DNA from: Raillietiella orientalis
Lineage: Eukaryota
Reading direction: 5' to 3'
Length of the DNA: 64,000 nucleotides
NCBI GenBank assembly: GCA_036172245.1
Contig: JAYWIR010000061.1
Coordinates: 496,001 to 560,000 of the forward strand
Part shown: one piece after another, positions 12,850 through 26,299 of the stretch
Position numbering within the stretch: the stretch's first letter is position 1
Layout of the letters: the number at the start of each line of letters is the position of its first letter
The notes under the pieces: generated by a model
What the model was told of the DNA's origin: nothing
Database searches by the model: none
What the model saw: the letters and a program-made list of their open reading frames with translations, nothing else
Translations under genes and position numbers: made by a program

Positions 12850-13633
12850 GTTGGCAGCCGCCGACCAGACCACTCCGGGAAGAGAATCAGATTCAAAGCT
12901 CCACCTAGTGCTCCGTGGCGGAGAGAGCGTGGGTTTCACTGGAACTCACTCTCATCCCCTGTCAACAAGAAAAGGAAGTGCGAGAGTCGCGGACCGACTC
13001 TCCACCTCTCCTCGGCACCACTGGGCAAGGGTTTGTGTGTATGAACCGGAACTGTGCAAGGTTCGGGGAGCGAGCATCCCTCCCGCATCTGCTAGTGGAC
13101 TGTGTTGCCCTCCGGACGCTTTGGGAAAGCTTTGCTGCGACCCTTGGCACTCTCGGTGGCAACTCCAGTTGTGAGACTCCTTTTTGTAAGGGGCTCCTGT
13201 AGCAAGTCGCAGCCCTTGCAGCACTTTGCTGCCTCCGCGGGGTCGTGGCGGCATAGAGCTACGCCAACGGAAGAAGCGACGATTGGGAACGCCACCCACT
13301 TCGCTCTTTGCTTTTTGCGGATAGCAGTCAGATCGTCCCACCTCGACAGCAATATCCAGAAAGACCTTGCCGGCATCCCCCAAAGGATGCAGAGAACTGC
13401 CCCCAGCAGAAAGTGGTCCCTTCCCGCACGCCTCCCTTTCCCCAAAAGATGCTATATTTTTATTAATTTCTTTTTCTTTCTCTATGTCTTCTCCCCTCTG
13501 CGGGGTGGATCTTGCGGGTCGGTGAACCAGCAACGCGGCAAGTTAGCTCAAAAAGTTAGACCACTGATCCAACCATAGAAATTGTAAATGTTTATGTAAT
13601 CTATAAACAAACGCCCCGGCGTACCCGGGTGAG
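12850..13633 (+). mobile_element. L1/Tx1-like LINE 3' fragment (family A)
   Basis: zf-RVT-like 'NRNCARFGERASLPHLLVDCVALRTLW', homologous to ~47150 and ~63190. Ends in the shared terminal motif aaacaaacgccccggcgtacccgggtg. Confidence 0.75.
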
Positions 13634-13639
13634 AGTTTC

Positions 13640-13850
13640 ACCTCTCCTCCAAAGCGACTCCCGACTTACCACGGCGCGGCTCCGTCTCAGGGATACCCGG
13701 AGGGAACCGAGGGAATTGAACATTCCCAAGAAGCACGAGGAGCGAATCGGCAAGGGAATGGTGACCCGTGAACACACCGAGCGGTGTACCGGAAACACGG
13801 ACGGATCGCCGCCCGAGGAGGAAGAGCACCCGAGACAGGGACAGGAGACA
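13640..13850 (-). pseudogene. BTB N-terminal relic, ending at the LINE 3' end
   Basis: 'GDPSVFPVHRSVCSRV...SSCFLGMFNS' resembles BTB FxxHRxVLxxxSxxFxxMF. Confidence 0.4.
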
Positions 13851-13959
13851 GGCAAAAGAAAATTCCCCCCCTCCCCTCCCCATCCGTTCACATCCCATCC
13901 CCCGCACTATCTTGCGTACAAAAAATGTAAATCAATGTCTTCAGCTGGTTTTTGAGGGG

Positions 13960-14310
13960 CGCCGGAGGAATTCGTTTCATTAGGAGGGAAAAGTTCTCAA
14001 CTTCTCGGAAAGTTACCGAAGTTCTCACGGAGGAGATCCACCAAGAGGGCATTCAATTAGTGGATGGCGTCGACTGCTTTTTGAGAATGGCTGTTTGCAC
14101 AGGAAGAGTGGCAGGACGCCGTCCCGAAGGTCAGCAAACCGTGAAGCGTGAGCGGGAAATTCATTTCTGCACGCGGTCCCGAGGGATCTACCCGGCGCGC
14201 GCTAACGGGAAAGTAAGCCCCTTGCGAGAAATCCTGGGGAGCATTACCTCTGAGAACGCTTTTCAGTACCTCCGGGTTCCCGCGGCACTTTTTCGGAGCG
14301 AAGGAACGGA
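13960..14310 (+). pseudogene. BTB-domain relic
   Basis: In one frame: 'QEGIQLVDGVDCFLRMAVCTGRV' (IxLxDxxxxxFxxLLxFxYTG) and 'LGSITSENAFQYLRVPAALF' (xxxENAxxxL). Confidence 0.5.
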
Positions 14311-15499
14311 GCCCTGGAGGTCGCCCCGGAGCCAACGTGGAAGGGGCTTTAAATTCTCACAAGGAGCGCGCTCTCTCCGTGCCCCCTCTCCTTTTTGTTG
14401 TGTATCTCCTTTTTTGGGGGGTGCTGGAGGCATCGGCGCTCCCGAACGGAGAATGCAATATCGTAGAGCCCTCGACAGGGTACGGACTGGGGAAGGCCGC
14501 TCTTGCAGAGCCTTATTTAACGAGAGACCGTTTTTCTTTCCTTTCCTTAACACTCTTTCGCGTTCGGCAAGAATCGGAGGCACCCCCCGCCCTGCCCCTC
14601 ACACGCTAGTCACGGGCACTCCCCCATTACCACCACCAACAGGTGCTGCGACCTTTCGAGAATGGGCATCAAGAGGTCGGTACGTGCCGCGGCAGCAGAA
14701 CTCCTCAGGAGAAGCCAAAGGAAAAAAAAAAAAGATGCCCTCGTAAATGCAGCAAGCAGCTGCGCCCCGAGAGGACGTGCTGAGGACGACAACGGAGCGG
14801 ACCAGGTTCATGGTCCCCTCAAAGACTAGGAAACTGAACCACAGCTTTGTTGCTTCTACCGAACACAAATGAAGCCATTGGTGTCTGCATCGCTCGAAAC
14901 AGCTGGCGGCTGGTGTTTCGAGCGGCAGCCACCAGCGTGGGATGCGTGGGGAAGGGGGATGTTTGTTGGAATCCCTCTGGATCTACGGTCCTCGAAGAGA
15001 GAAACTTTTCGGGAACGCGCCTCAGATAGCAGAGCTCCGCAGATCTTCGAGTGACCACATGAAGTGGGGCCTCAGCTGCTGTGGAGGGCAGTGTGGTGGT
15101 CATCCCGGAGAGTGAAGAAGTGCGCCTCATTGCACTGTTTGACACCCAGCAGGATGTATCAGTAGGGACTAAAAGAGGGCCTGCCCGCTTTTCAGTGAGC
15201 CGAGGGGACGCAAAAGAGTCCAGGCTAGATTGTGGGTAACTGGAAGGTGGAGGAGCTAGAGGGCGATCCGTTTGCGTTCGTCAGCGTCCTGGCTTCCTTG
15301 CGCACATCTCTGAATGTTGACTCTTCAGGCGCGGCACCCCGATCATCCTCCCCCCCTCTCCATGCCCGAATCCGGAAGGCCGGGTCCCTGCGAAAGATGA
15401 CCTCCGAGCAGCGGCCGGCTTGAAATCCCTAAGCTTTCGGAATCGAAATCCGGCTGCCTCCCTCCACACGGCTGAGACCCAGCAATAGACATCTCACAC

Positions 15500-15800
15500 G
15501 CCTCCCCTATCTTCAGCGACCTGCGCTGCAATTCCAGCGGGAAGACACCTGATGCTTTCGTGTTTCGAAGCCGCACTCCCTAATGGATGAGACCATTCGC
15601 TCAAGGCAACAACTGGAAGGATGTGGTAAGTCGGAGTGGGGCGTGGAAAGTGCCAAGCGTCAGAAGTGCCGGAAGGCAGTGACGACTGCACCGGAAGCCA
15701 AAAGGGGAGTCTTAAATCTGGAAGCCTCTTGATCATTGCTGCCTTGCCCTCCTGCCGGAACGCATGCTCCCAACTGGAGGAGGAAGCGGAATCGTCGCCA
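15500..15800 (+). mobile_element. Possible LINE ORF1 (gag-like zinc knuckle) relic
   Basis: 'GKCQASEVPEGSDDCTGSQKGSLKSGSLLIIAALPSC' loosely resembles tandem CCHC knuckles. Very degenerate. Confidence 0.2.
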
Positions 15801-16719
15801 AGGAGTCTCCCACCTGGTCCCTGGGGCCAATGGCTTCCGCCTCGCTATTGGAACGCACACGCGCTAGCGGATTCGAGACAGAGAATGGCGAACCCGAAGC
15901 TGGTCAATCGCGGACCCGCCTCGCTCGCAAGACCCACATGTCCCGTGGGTGGGGCTGAGCGGCCGAGGTCGGCGGTGCGGCCAGAAACTCGACAAGTTGT
16001 TGGTTCCCCCGGCCGGCTCCCATTTTCGACAGAAAGCAAAAGATTGATGGGTCGCGCGGGTGTTCCTCAGAAGGGAGCAACGGAAAGTGAGCCTGCGGCG
16101 GAGGCAAGATGCCGACCCAATCCCAAGACGGAAGGCCCGAAGTTGTGATGGACCAGAAGCCGCATACCCTGAGAACTCTTTGAGAACAGGATGCGCGAAG
16201 TTGCGGAAGAACGCAACAGCAGTGTTTTCCTTTCCATATTTCCGGTAAGAGATTCCAGGAGTCCCTTGGTGTCATCGGGATTCCTCATGAAAGCGTTTTT
16301 GTTATCCATCACCTTTTGGAGAAGATCACAGGATGAGCAGAGCACGGGTGCGCATCCTGGGAACCATTTCTTCCCTTCAGTACTTCCAGATTCCTGATTC
16401 CGCTTCTGAATATCAATAAGACACGTGACTTGCTGCCAAGTGTCTGAAAGTGTTCCCATTTTCTAAGACTCTTTCGATAACCACAAATGGTGAAAGGAGT
16501 AAACATTAGAGTAATCATAGATGTTTCACTTGGAACTATCTACGTATCTATCCGCTTTCCAGTTGTAGAAGTGTTTCCAAGAAGGATACAGTGCAGCACT
16601 TTTTGATGATGCTTGAGGAACGAAAAAAAAAAAACCCTGCATCTTTAGGGAGGGGAGGGGGGCAGATTTTACTGCACTTCAGGGATAGCTCCAGGGATAA
16701 CTCGGATCGGAACCGTAGC

Positions 16720-17280
16720 GTCGGAACGGATGTGCTTTTCGCTGCAGCTACAAAGAGTAAACCTGGAGATAACACCAAAAAAGGCAATTTCTTCAAGCGA
16801 GCAGCAAGGGAGGGTGGGACTCCCGAGATTCTTTGGAGGAAGGCAGCGGCTCTCTGCAGTGTTTTCATTCCTGCGGAGTTGTCCCCTCTTCTTTCCCCTC
16901 CTTCCGGTGATGGTAAGGTATTGGACTAGGACGAAGGATGTCCTTGACTCCGAGATCAGATGTCCCGATTAAAATGTTCGCTGGAAAGGTCGCGTACACA
17001 CCGTGAACGACGCCGATGCGCTTCCTTCCAGGATCGCGTTCCCTTGGCTCCAGGACGCAGGAAAGCGCGATTGCCGTGGCAACGCAGGAGAGCTGCTGTC
17101 TGTAATTTTCCGCTCGCAAATGGCTTTGAAAAGCGCATCCTCGGCACCCTCTCACCCTTCGCATCCGAGTTATCCTAATTCTTCGATGAGGTGCGCTGAG
17201 CTGAAGAAATGCAGGGGATTCTTTTCAAACTCAGGCTACGAAGAAGAACTGGAGCTTCTTTGCAAGAAGCACGGATGACT
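16720..17280 (+). pseudogene. Degenerate BTB-BACK relic
   Basis: 'CFSLQLQRVNLEITPKKAI...VGLPRF...LRSCPLF' followed by 'RILGTLSPFASEL' (cf. RLPLLSPxFL). Confidence 0.3.
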
Positions 17281-17679
17281 TAATCGACAGTGGACAGCAT
17301 TTTGAAAGAATTGCACTGCGCAGAGGATTGTGTCTTCTGGAAGCAGTGTCCCAGTTCGGAGGGATGATGACACACTTCGACTAGAGGAAGACGGGAGCAA
17401 CTGGTCCGTTGATCCACCAGCGAGCGACTTGAAAAGAGATCCCCAGCAACGCAGTTGCGGAATGGTCACTTCTAGTGACCAACGTTGGCTATCAGTGAGC
17501 AGTCTCGAATAATTCCCAGTTTAATAGTCAGTTTAACACCGCTGACTGCGCATTTCCATGGAGAACACCACCACCACCCAATCTGCTACCCATCCCCGTT
17601 CGTTCTACGTGGCACACTGATCTCAAGCATGTGGAAGTAGCCATGGCAGCTGTCTAACGCTCCGAAAGCATTGGAAATA

Positions 17680-17900
17680 GGTCATCGCTCAATACTTTTC
17701 ACGCAGCAAAAGTGCAGGGTCACGACCAGGTTGAAGATTCTCTTCAAGAAAGCGACCTCATGGATGGCTTCACGAGAGAGGAACAGTTCGAAGGACAGTA
17801 TCGTCTTTAGGGAAAAGCGGGTGAACTCCTCGGAGATGCCTGAATCGAATGCTGTAGGAATCCAACACTGTGGAAAAATAGGTTTCCCGATTTCCAACTT
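17680..17900 (-). pseudogene. BACK-domain relic
   Basis: 'SEEFTRFSLKTILSF...IHEVAFLKRIFNLVV...KSIER' resembles BACK xEEFxxLxxxxLxxxL..E..VFxxVxxW...ER. Confidence 0.35.
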
Positions 17901-18749
17901 TTCTTATCAAAGCAGCAATTTCTGCTGTTTTCCCAGAGTGGGTCTCGTCTTACCCTCGCAGAATTCATTATTCAGATTCCTACTCTTCCTCTCCATCTGG
18001 TGTTGAATCTGTTCTTTTATCCTTTGCTGTACCAGAGTGCTTGCGTGCCTGCAGAGCGCATCAGTGTCTTAAGATGGCACAATCTAAGGCACTTTCATTC
18101 GAAGGTCAAGCAGAATAGCAACCCGCTTGCTCCGTTTCTTTCGGGTCCACCACTCTTCCTGAGATGCAGCCTACCAGAAACCCAGATTCAGAATGGATTT
18201 TTTTTTTTTTTCTAGCAGCGAGCGCTTCCTGGTGACGTGTCGATTGAAGGAAGTAAAGAAGTCTGTCCTTGCTGTTCCCGAGAAACGATCTTCCAGGTAT
18301 TCATTGCATCACTCATCCGCATCTGGTTAAACTCAAAGACAGACACTGATAGGTCCATTTCGTTTTAAATCTCCATCTTTGCTAGAGATGATGGCAGACG
18401 ACGAGTGGCCTTCGGTTCATCGACTGCGACTTGGTTCTACCCGTCGTGACCAATCAGTAAGGAAACAATTCTCAGAGAAAGTGGTGCAGATAATGGCAAG
18501 CACACTCCAGGGTTTCTGAATGGGTTCATCGACGGACACCAGTTTCAACTTGACGATGATGGAGAAGAGATGTCGCTTGCGGTGTTACTCACGAGGAATT
18601 ATGGTCCTTGGCTTCGTTTCATGCGATTGGTGTGAAGGATTGAGTAGGCTGAGAATTTGTTTGAGCAACGAAAAAGCATCCAGAGATACGAAGAGCAAAA
18701 CAACAGACTCATTTCCGTTCCGAGGTATCATGCTCCTCGCCCCTTGATA

Positions 18750-19300
18750 GGGGACTCGCTGGTAAAATCCTAGTGTACACAGGATGCGGATGCAGACGAA
18801 GGGGATGTCTGTACATCGGCTCGTTGTCAACTTGCGAAGGTGAAGGTGTGAAGTGTATGCCACGACCCACTTCCTTACGATGATGCAAGGAAGATCCACA
18901 CCGCTTACAAGCGATCGTGTTCGATGTCATCTTGAATTGCTTATTATCATCATTTTGGAGACCCTGACTTCTGAGTGTTTTCAGTCTTTGCTTGGCTTCG
19001 ATATCCCATCAAATCCGATGAAATGTGAGCCACATGAAATGTGATCGAAATGAGAGAAGGATCGATAGAATGTCGGTTTTGTTCCCTTTTTCGCTCGAAG
19101 GAGATCTCAATTCCAGAGAGTGTCTTCTGGTTTGAGGAAGATCAAGTTCTCCGCAAATTGTGCGTGACCACGGCTAAAAGGAAGCAAAATGGTGCGGGAA
19201 CACTTTCCATCTCCAGAACTGCCTTGAATTTCGCTTCCTCTTTCCACCAGACGGCACGAACCTCTGAGTTCTGCGTCTGCGAACCCGACCCTCATCCACA
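18750..19300 (-). pseudogene. Possible BACK-domain relic
   Basis: 'DLPCIIVRKWVVAYTSHLHLRKL...FVCIRIL' loosely matches the BACK C-terminus. Confidence 0.2.
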
Positions 19301-20593
19301 TGTCCAAGACTTATCCGAGAACTTGGAACGACAGAAAGGACATCTCTTAGGACGTAGTTTGGACCATAAGAGTCACAATGGTGTCACAGTTACTGATTCT
19401 GGTTTTGGAAAACCGAAGCTAACCACTGTATGCTTATGAGGGCACCGGAGAGAACCGAAGACTTCAGGAAGGAGATTTACGACCGCTGTATACAGACGCA
19501 ACAGTCATAATCTTAAATCCACGCTTACGTATACACTGCTTTCCAGGAAGATGGCTATATAACACAATGCCGGAATTACCTACATCTCCTGATGTGTAGG
19601 CGATAAATCGCGTTCTAATGTTTGGAGTGCACCCATCCACCAGATCGAATTTCTCAGAAATTTGAATACGGTAAAGGGTTAAAAAATTAACAAGCTTCCT
19701 ACTCATCAGAAATCCTGCAAGGGTTCAAAAGGGTTGAGGGGAAACAGCAGGAATATTTCTTTTCTTCATTGAGGCTGGGGCACCAGCCAACTCCCTTGGG
19801 CGAAGAAATCCTCCTTCCTCTTTAGCAAAAATGAGAAAGTCTTAATGAATTTTCTTAAACGCATTCATAAATTCGTACAGCACTCTGTCCGTGGAGCTTT
19901 CGGTTTCTCTTTTTTTCCCCTTCGAAAAGAATCCCTTCACAAGTCACGCTCTTCAGGTCCGCTTCTGCTCGCGTCCATGTCTGCTGATGTTTACATTAAC
20001 GAATATTATTACATGCAGGGTTAGTTCGAGATGCGTTTATAATAGTTCGAGACGCGATTGGAGTGTCCCCAAGTTAGTGCACTTCTTCTTCGAGGTGTTT
20101 CTGGCTTAGTAGCGGAGGCAACCAGGGAATTGTTCGAATTTTTCCGCTCTTTGCAAGCTTGGCACGACTTTCAGATGGGTAGCAGCTGAGCTTGTGCGCG
20201 CGCTCGCGATCCCACGCGCACGAATGCGTGCTGCCCCGCGCAGGAGGAAACGGAAGACCCTGCATCTTCTAAGTGGGAACTCTTGCGGGTGTGGAGAGCG
20301 ACGGCCGTGGAGGCAAGATGAGGATGCACTGGTATGGCAGACGAAGAAAGGCCATGGAAGATATCAGGCCTCATCTAAATGTCGTCTCCATCAGCACGGA
20401 AAGAATGACATTGAATTCAGCAGGGTGCACCGCGTCAAGGCCGTCTCCCTTTCTTCAACACAGAAGGAAAACATTCGCTCTTGACCGGAGCCACACATTC
20501 GCGCTTCCAGGCAATACGGAAAATTTGCGTCGCCCTGTCAATCAACTCACCGAATAGTGCATTCACGAATACGTTTCCATGGGTGTGAGGAAA

Positions 20594-21055
20594 CTACATC
20601 TGGAGCGTTTTCCGTGACCACATGCAGGCAACAAAATTGGCCTCGCACAAAGAAGGTAACCATTCCTTCAGCTGCTCATACTGAAAGGATGGCGCCCTTC
20701 TAAGGAGTTCGAAGCTGCATTTGAGTGGAAGACACGGACTCTGGTGGGCACAGCAGAAGAAGGTCGAATGGAAACGCGGATGTGCACATGCGCACTTATT
20801 GTCTCCCCGTCTAAGAATATAATTAGAAAAACGACGAAGACATGTTCTCGTGCCAGTGACGCACACGCGCAGGCTCCCAGGAAACGCTTTACACCACTTG
20901 CATTGGTTCTCATCCGCATGCAACGCAGCAGCCCCCCCTGCCTTCTCGAGGGGAGAGAATTCAAAGGTTCCCCCTGAATAGAAGGAAGTCAACTGCAGAC
21001 TCCCTGCCCTGATATCGAAATCTTCCTTGCCTTCGATCATCCAAGTTTCCATCAT
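20594..21055 (-). pseudogene. Degenerate BTB-BACK relic
   Basis: 'IEGKEDFDIRAGSLQLTSFYSGGTFE', 'EHVFVVFLIIFLDG', 'SFELLRRAPSFQYEQLKEWL'. Confidence 0.35.
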
Positions 21056-21129
21056 CCACCACTCTCCACCAGCAGTGGATTGCTAATTGCGTACTCAGAT
21101 ATAAGTACACATCAGTTATACTGCAATTA

Positions 21130-21570
21130 TACTAATTGGCATCTGCTCAGCAGGCATCTCTGTTCCTTCCTGCTCCTTCATAGCAATGCATCCGAGTTCT
21201 TCCTTTCTCGAGTCACAGTAAGTAGAAGCAAAATGGCCGTTTTTCGTGGATCTGGACCGACAAGAGTGGAGCCAACGAACCCGATCTTCTATCGGAAACT
21301 CCGGTGCCTTGAAAGTCATTCACTACGTTTGTCTCGTTCCTCAAAGAGAACCGCTCGCCTCAGTGGTAACGCAGAGACGTGATTTTGAAGAAGAGCGTTG
21401 CCTTTCTGTCGTCGGTTCTGCAGTTGGTCAGTTAGGAATCTTATCTTTCTCCCTCGCTTTTGATATGGCCGAGTCATCGAATCCTCCACAGAGAACTCAA
21501 AGCGGAAATCTCTTGACTCGAGGCAAGTCGCTCCAGAAGAATCCATTTTGCTTTCTTTCGAGGAACTTCT
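21130..21570 (+). pseudogene. Degenerate BTB relic
   Basis: 'HLCSFLLLHSNASEFF...PIFYRKL', then 'FEEERCLSVVGSA' in the next frame. Confidence 0.3.
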
Positions 21571-22299
21571 ATTTCTGAGTCAGGAAGGGCATGTTGCAGT
21601 TGTTTGTAGAGCTAGCTCCACAAAGGTGCATAGGCGGGAGTGAAGGAACTGGCTAATTCTTCCAAGTACCAATTTAAGCGACCAATTCCTCGCTTCCAGC
21701 CACGAAGCACGAAGTCAGGGTGATCTTCGAATTATTCAATGATGCTTGACGTAACCGGCTGTCGGCTTGAAGAAAGGTAGAAAGAGAAAGTAGAGAAATG
21801 TGCCTGCATTCAAGAGAAGCAGGTTCACAGATGCATTGTTTTCCCTTTAAGCATCTTCAGAAAGATAGGTGAGCGGGTTCTTCTTACTGGAGTGTCCCTT
21901 AGTGGCTACATAAGATGCTTCCAAAAAAATGTTCCGCAGCGGTCTGAACACCTTTTTCCTCTCTCAGGCCGTGATCCCTGATGTGCTCCAGTGTGATCAC
22001 AAGGATGAACTTTCCCCAGTAAAGTCGTTTTTTTTTTTTTTATCCACTCGAACCCGGAAATCCCTGAAACACTTTCTTTTGGTCGCGTCACTCCTGAGGG
22101 AAACTGGACGAACGACATCGCGTCATTCGCCCTATTATCTTCGTTTCCGCTTCGAAACACTTCCACTGCCTTGCTGGAGACTTCCGTCGAACCCTTTCGG
22201 AAGCACTGTAGCAGCAGCAAGGTGTGCGCTGTCTTTCTAGGAATGCTCATTCTCCGGAACACGCCAAGAAGAAGTCTTGCGCCAGGCATCCCACGCCAC

Positions 22300-22846
22300 C
22301 GAAAACGCAAAAGTTATTCGTTTCCGTGTTTCTTTTTCTGGATGTTCCATACGACAGTCTCATCCCTTGGCAGGATGGTTTCACTCCCGTGCACTCACTC
22401 CCTTGTTGTGGCAAATCACTGAAAGTGTTCTCTTTCTCTATCTGCCTTCAACCTTGCGCTCATTTTCCTCTTTACTTGAACTGCAAGTTTCTGCTTGCCA
22501 AGTGATCTCAGAGGACAGCTGTGTTGTGGTTTTTTGGATCCAGAGGAGCAGATTTATGAAAATCAGAAGTCTGTTTTGCTTTCTTCTTTTCGTTTTGTTG
22601 GGGTGGGTGGGGTGGGGGGGAAGACACGTGCATCGACGTCCACTTCGAGTACCCTTCCCTATTTGGAGGAATCAGCGAGAAGATTCCCCAGCTTCTTTTC
22701 CTTCCATTTTCCTGCCTTCGACTCTTTCCATGGACGCGTTGCAGCTGCAGCGTCTTCTCCACCGAGTTTCCCCCAAGCACCTTCCCACCTTTTCCCAGGT
22801 CCTCTTCGCAGCTTTTCCACGCCTCACCCCGATACTTTACCCCTGA
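22300..22846 (+). pseudogene. Degenerate BTB-BACK relic
   Basis: 'SVFLFLDVPYDSLI...KSLKVFSF..CAHF', 'SEDSCVVVFWI', 'KHLPTFSQVLFAAFPRLTPIL' (cf. HLPxLLxxVRFPLLxPxxL). Confidence 0.4.
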
Positions 22847-24507
22847 ACTCGTCATGCCACGTGAGCGTGAATTCCTTTGGCGGACTGCACCCCCCACCCC
22901 AGCAACTCTACTACCACCGACATCCCGAAAGGTCATCGAAGGTACCCCCCGTTTCAGTAACAGGGAAAGGTTGGTGCGAGTGGAGCTGACGACCGATAAG
23001 CCGCGTCGGGTTCGGGCAGGGGGATGAGAGAGGATGAACGGGATCGATCTGACGATAGCCGAACGATGACGTATTGCAAACACAACGTTCAAACGTTTGG
23101 AGAACAATGAACAACCCATTTGGAAAGCAAATATGCAAAACAGCCTCAGAATATTCCAGGTTTTCTTCTCTGTGCGAAAAAGGAACGCGAAGAGGCCCGA
23201 TACGCCTGCCAGCTTCGAATTAGCACCGCGGATGTCGTGTTTCCATAGATACTACTTGCCATCCGCATTCCCATGCAGTTTGTGTACTTGCGAATTTCAC
23301 ACTCTCAGAGTTACCAGCACGAAAAGTACGTTCTCCCCGAGAACCGAACATGTGATTTATTTTTTGCCACTTGAAGCAACTTCCTCTCTCCTGTTAGACC
23401 GTCTTCTCTCCTGAATTGTCTCAAAAAAAAAAAAAGAAAAAAAAAATCGTCAGACATTCTGGGATTTATTTTGTCTGTTCCTTTTCGTATCGAGGATGAA
23501 GGATCTTTTGCTCCCGAAAAGGCCTCTACTGCATTTCTTGAACTCAACTTGAACACAGGAATGAGGCTCATCGAGGTTTTGAGCTCAGTGGCTTTCTCAT
23601 AGATCTGGCATCGAATTAACCGCAGCTGTTTTGAATAATTTTGGACTTTCCTACCCTACGTGACTGATGTACTAATGAATGCTTGACTCTTCCATTTGAA
23701 TGCGCTTAATGACTCATTGGCATAACTTTTTCATAGCAGCTTATAAATTTTCCTTTCCGATGATCCCCTCGCAGTCCAAATGGAATGGAAATCTGATACT
23801 GTCGTTCTTATCTTGTATCCTGGAAGAGTTACTTTTCGACTGACTTTCCGCATGGGTGTATCTTCTGTATGGCGGAATTTCTTCCTTTCCTTCTAATTTC
23901 ACATTCCATTAATCCAAACACTCCATTTAGAAATTTTTCTTTTTCTCAGATTTGCTTGCTTGTAGAGATACTCAAGACATCCAAGTTGACCTACCTCTTT
24001 TACTTTTGCTGTGATAATACTAGGATAAATATGGAGATAAACAGCTATACCAACACAGATTTGTTTATATCATTGGCTGAACCTTTCTGAGATTGAAGTT
24101 TTTTTCTTTCCATTTTCCAGGTTTCAACTATTCTAAATACTGAGATAGGAACTAGTCGCAAAAAGCTTTTCCCTTTCGACTTTTCATTCTATCGACCTAG
24201 TCAGCAGATAGGTGTGTGTCTGCCGATTCCATCCAAAGACATGAGGATCTCAGGGTAAAATGCTGCTGGAGCATTCATGCGGGTCCTGACACGAGATGCG
24301 GCTTCACTGAATACTTCTTTAAAATGAATGGCAGTACATTCATCCGAAACCCGGAATAGGAGAGAGCCAAGATTGCCTGTTATCTCAACAGCGAGGAAGA
24401 ACTTGGATCTGACTCCGAGGACTTCAGTATTGACTTGAGATTTCTACTCCTTTGTTCATAGAATAGATACGTGTTTTTTTTGGTTCGGTTTCAGGTGAAT
24501 ATGTGCC

Positions 24508-25480
24508 GTGCTGCTCCCGAAAGAACGAACAGAAGAAGGTTTGCCGGTTTCACCCTCGAGGCACGCGCGGATTCACGAAGACCGCATGCTTCTTTCGCGG
24601 GGATATAGCTTCGCTCTCAGGAAGATCAGCTTGCAACCTGAAGCAATCAGCTCCAGAAACCAAATTCTGACGTTTGTGGGTGCCGTTCCTTCAAAGGTTC
24701 CCTTGAATTTCGTTAAGTCTCGCTTCCTTCAGAATGCATTTCTTTCTTCGCGACAGAGGCGAGCTGTTTTGAGGTCAGCACAGAATCGGACCCGAGCTGA
24801 AAATCCAAATAGACGACGATGGGAAGATCAAACGTCAAACCGAAATCGCGCCTTGAATTCCCAGCGCTAAAATCGAGGAGATTCTGAATTGCAGCTTCTC
24901 AAAGAAATTCCGATTGGCCAACGGGAACGCAAGCCGTGGAACCAGAAGGGGAACCATTTTAGACCTGCTTCTTCGTGTGCACGGATAAACCTCAGACCTC
25001 TTTACGGTCTGACGCGTCTGTGAAGGATGAAGCCTGGAGATTCTACGGTTCGAGTTGTGACCTTTTCCAAAAGAGCAGAATTGAAGGTTCCGGTTTCGAA
25101 GCAGAGATGTCCGAGCGGTCGTGACCACAGTAGGTCGTATGGCTGCTCGAGATGTCGGCTTTCAAATCCGGGAAACTACGGATTCCTCGGTGGCGTTCCA
25201 ACACGCTAGGGGAACCGAGAGCCGTGCTTACACTTCCAAGAAGGGGACACCGTGGAACTTGAAGAGCGACGAGATTCTCTCCAGAAGCATCCCGTTGGCG
25301 ATCTTTCTGTCGAAAAAACAAAATCTATGGTCTTTTCAACCAGAAGTCCACGCGCGTTTCTTCCACAGGAGGAGAGGTGCAACCCCTATCGGAAAGCTCA
25401 AGAATCCGCTCTGAGACAGCGGAGCCACCTAGGAAGCAGAACAACTGCGAGTTATCTGTCCATTGGGCGCCGGCCTTCTA
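24508..25480 (+). pseudogene. Degenerate BTB-BACK relic
   Basis: 'RIHEDRMLLSRGYSF...NQILTFVGAVPSKVPLNFVKSRFL' (BTB) and 'GDLSVEKTKSMVF...EERC' (BACK DxLxVxxExxVF). Confidence 0.4.
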
Positions 25481-26299
25481 GACAGACATTTAGGAAGCTG
25501 ACAAGGTGGTGGAGAGGCAGAGATGAAACTCCAAAGAACATGAAAACCACAGGAGAAATCTTCATGCATCTCCGAGAGTGGGAAGCATCCTGAAGAACGC
25601 GGATGCCAAGTTTTCTGGTGCTTCTTCAGGAACTTGAAATAACATAAGATCACTGCCAAAGCATCCGGAAGATCTTCCTGATCAAATTGTCTTTTTTTTC
25701 CTTCTTCTTCTTCTTCTTTCCTCCGTGCCATGATCTTCTCCTCTCGTATTTCTGTTAATATTTTTATATTTCATCCTCTCATCTTCATTTTTCACGGAAA
25801 AGGTGTCATTCACAAGCGCTCCTTTCTCTTCGAAGCTTTAACGATCGGGAAAGACTTTCAAAAGAATGCTTCCTGACTTGTAACTCTTCACCCGAATGCA
25901 GAGCGGAATTCTTGAAAAGATTTTCCATCTGCACATGGAAAGCTCTTGCGCTTTCTATACGGAAAATGCCAAAACAAACACGAAGCCCGCGTCCTGCCAA
26001 GTTCCCAGCGAAGCCGGCTTCCCATCCGGGGAGCAGGATGAAAGGCAACATTCGAACGAGGACAAGGGAGCGGATCCTCTCAGGAAAAAGTGATGGATCA
26101 CGACTACCCGCTCAGAGATCTTCCCCTTCCCCTCCCGTGCGGTAACCGAAGACGGACCGTTTGCCTAGCGACGCACCAGGAGCTCGGTTTGTCAGAGCAC
26201 CTCCTCGCGCTGCTCGCACCGCCCTCCATTCATTTTTCCGAGCCACACCGTTTCTCAGCCCATCCCACGGGGGGACCCTAAACATGCTCGGGTCCACAG

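Noticed and set aside
23600..24150. AT-richer stretch that might be a decayed retroelement ORF on the minus strand
   Set aside because: Multiple stops and no motif I can name.
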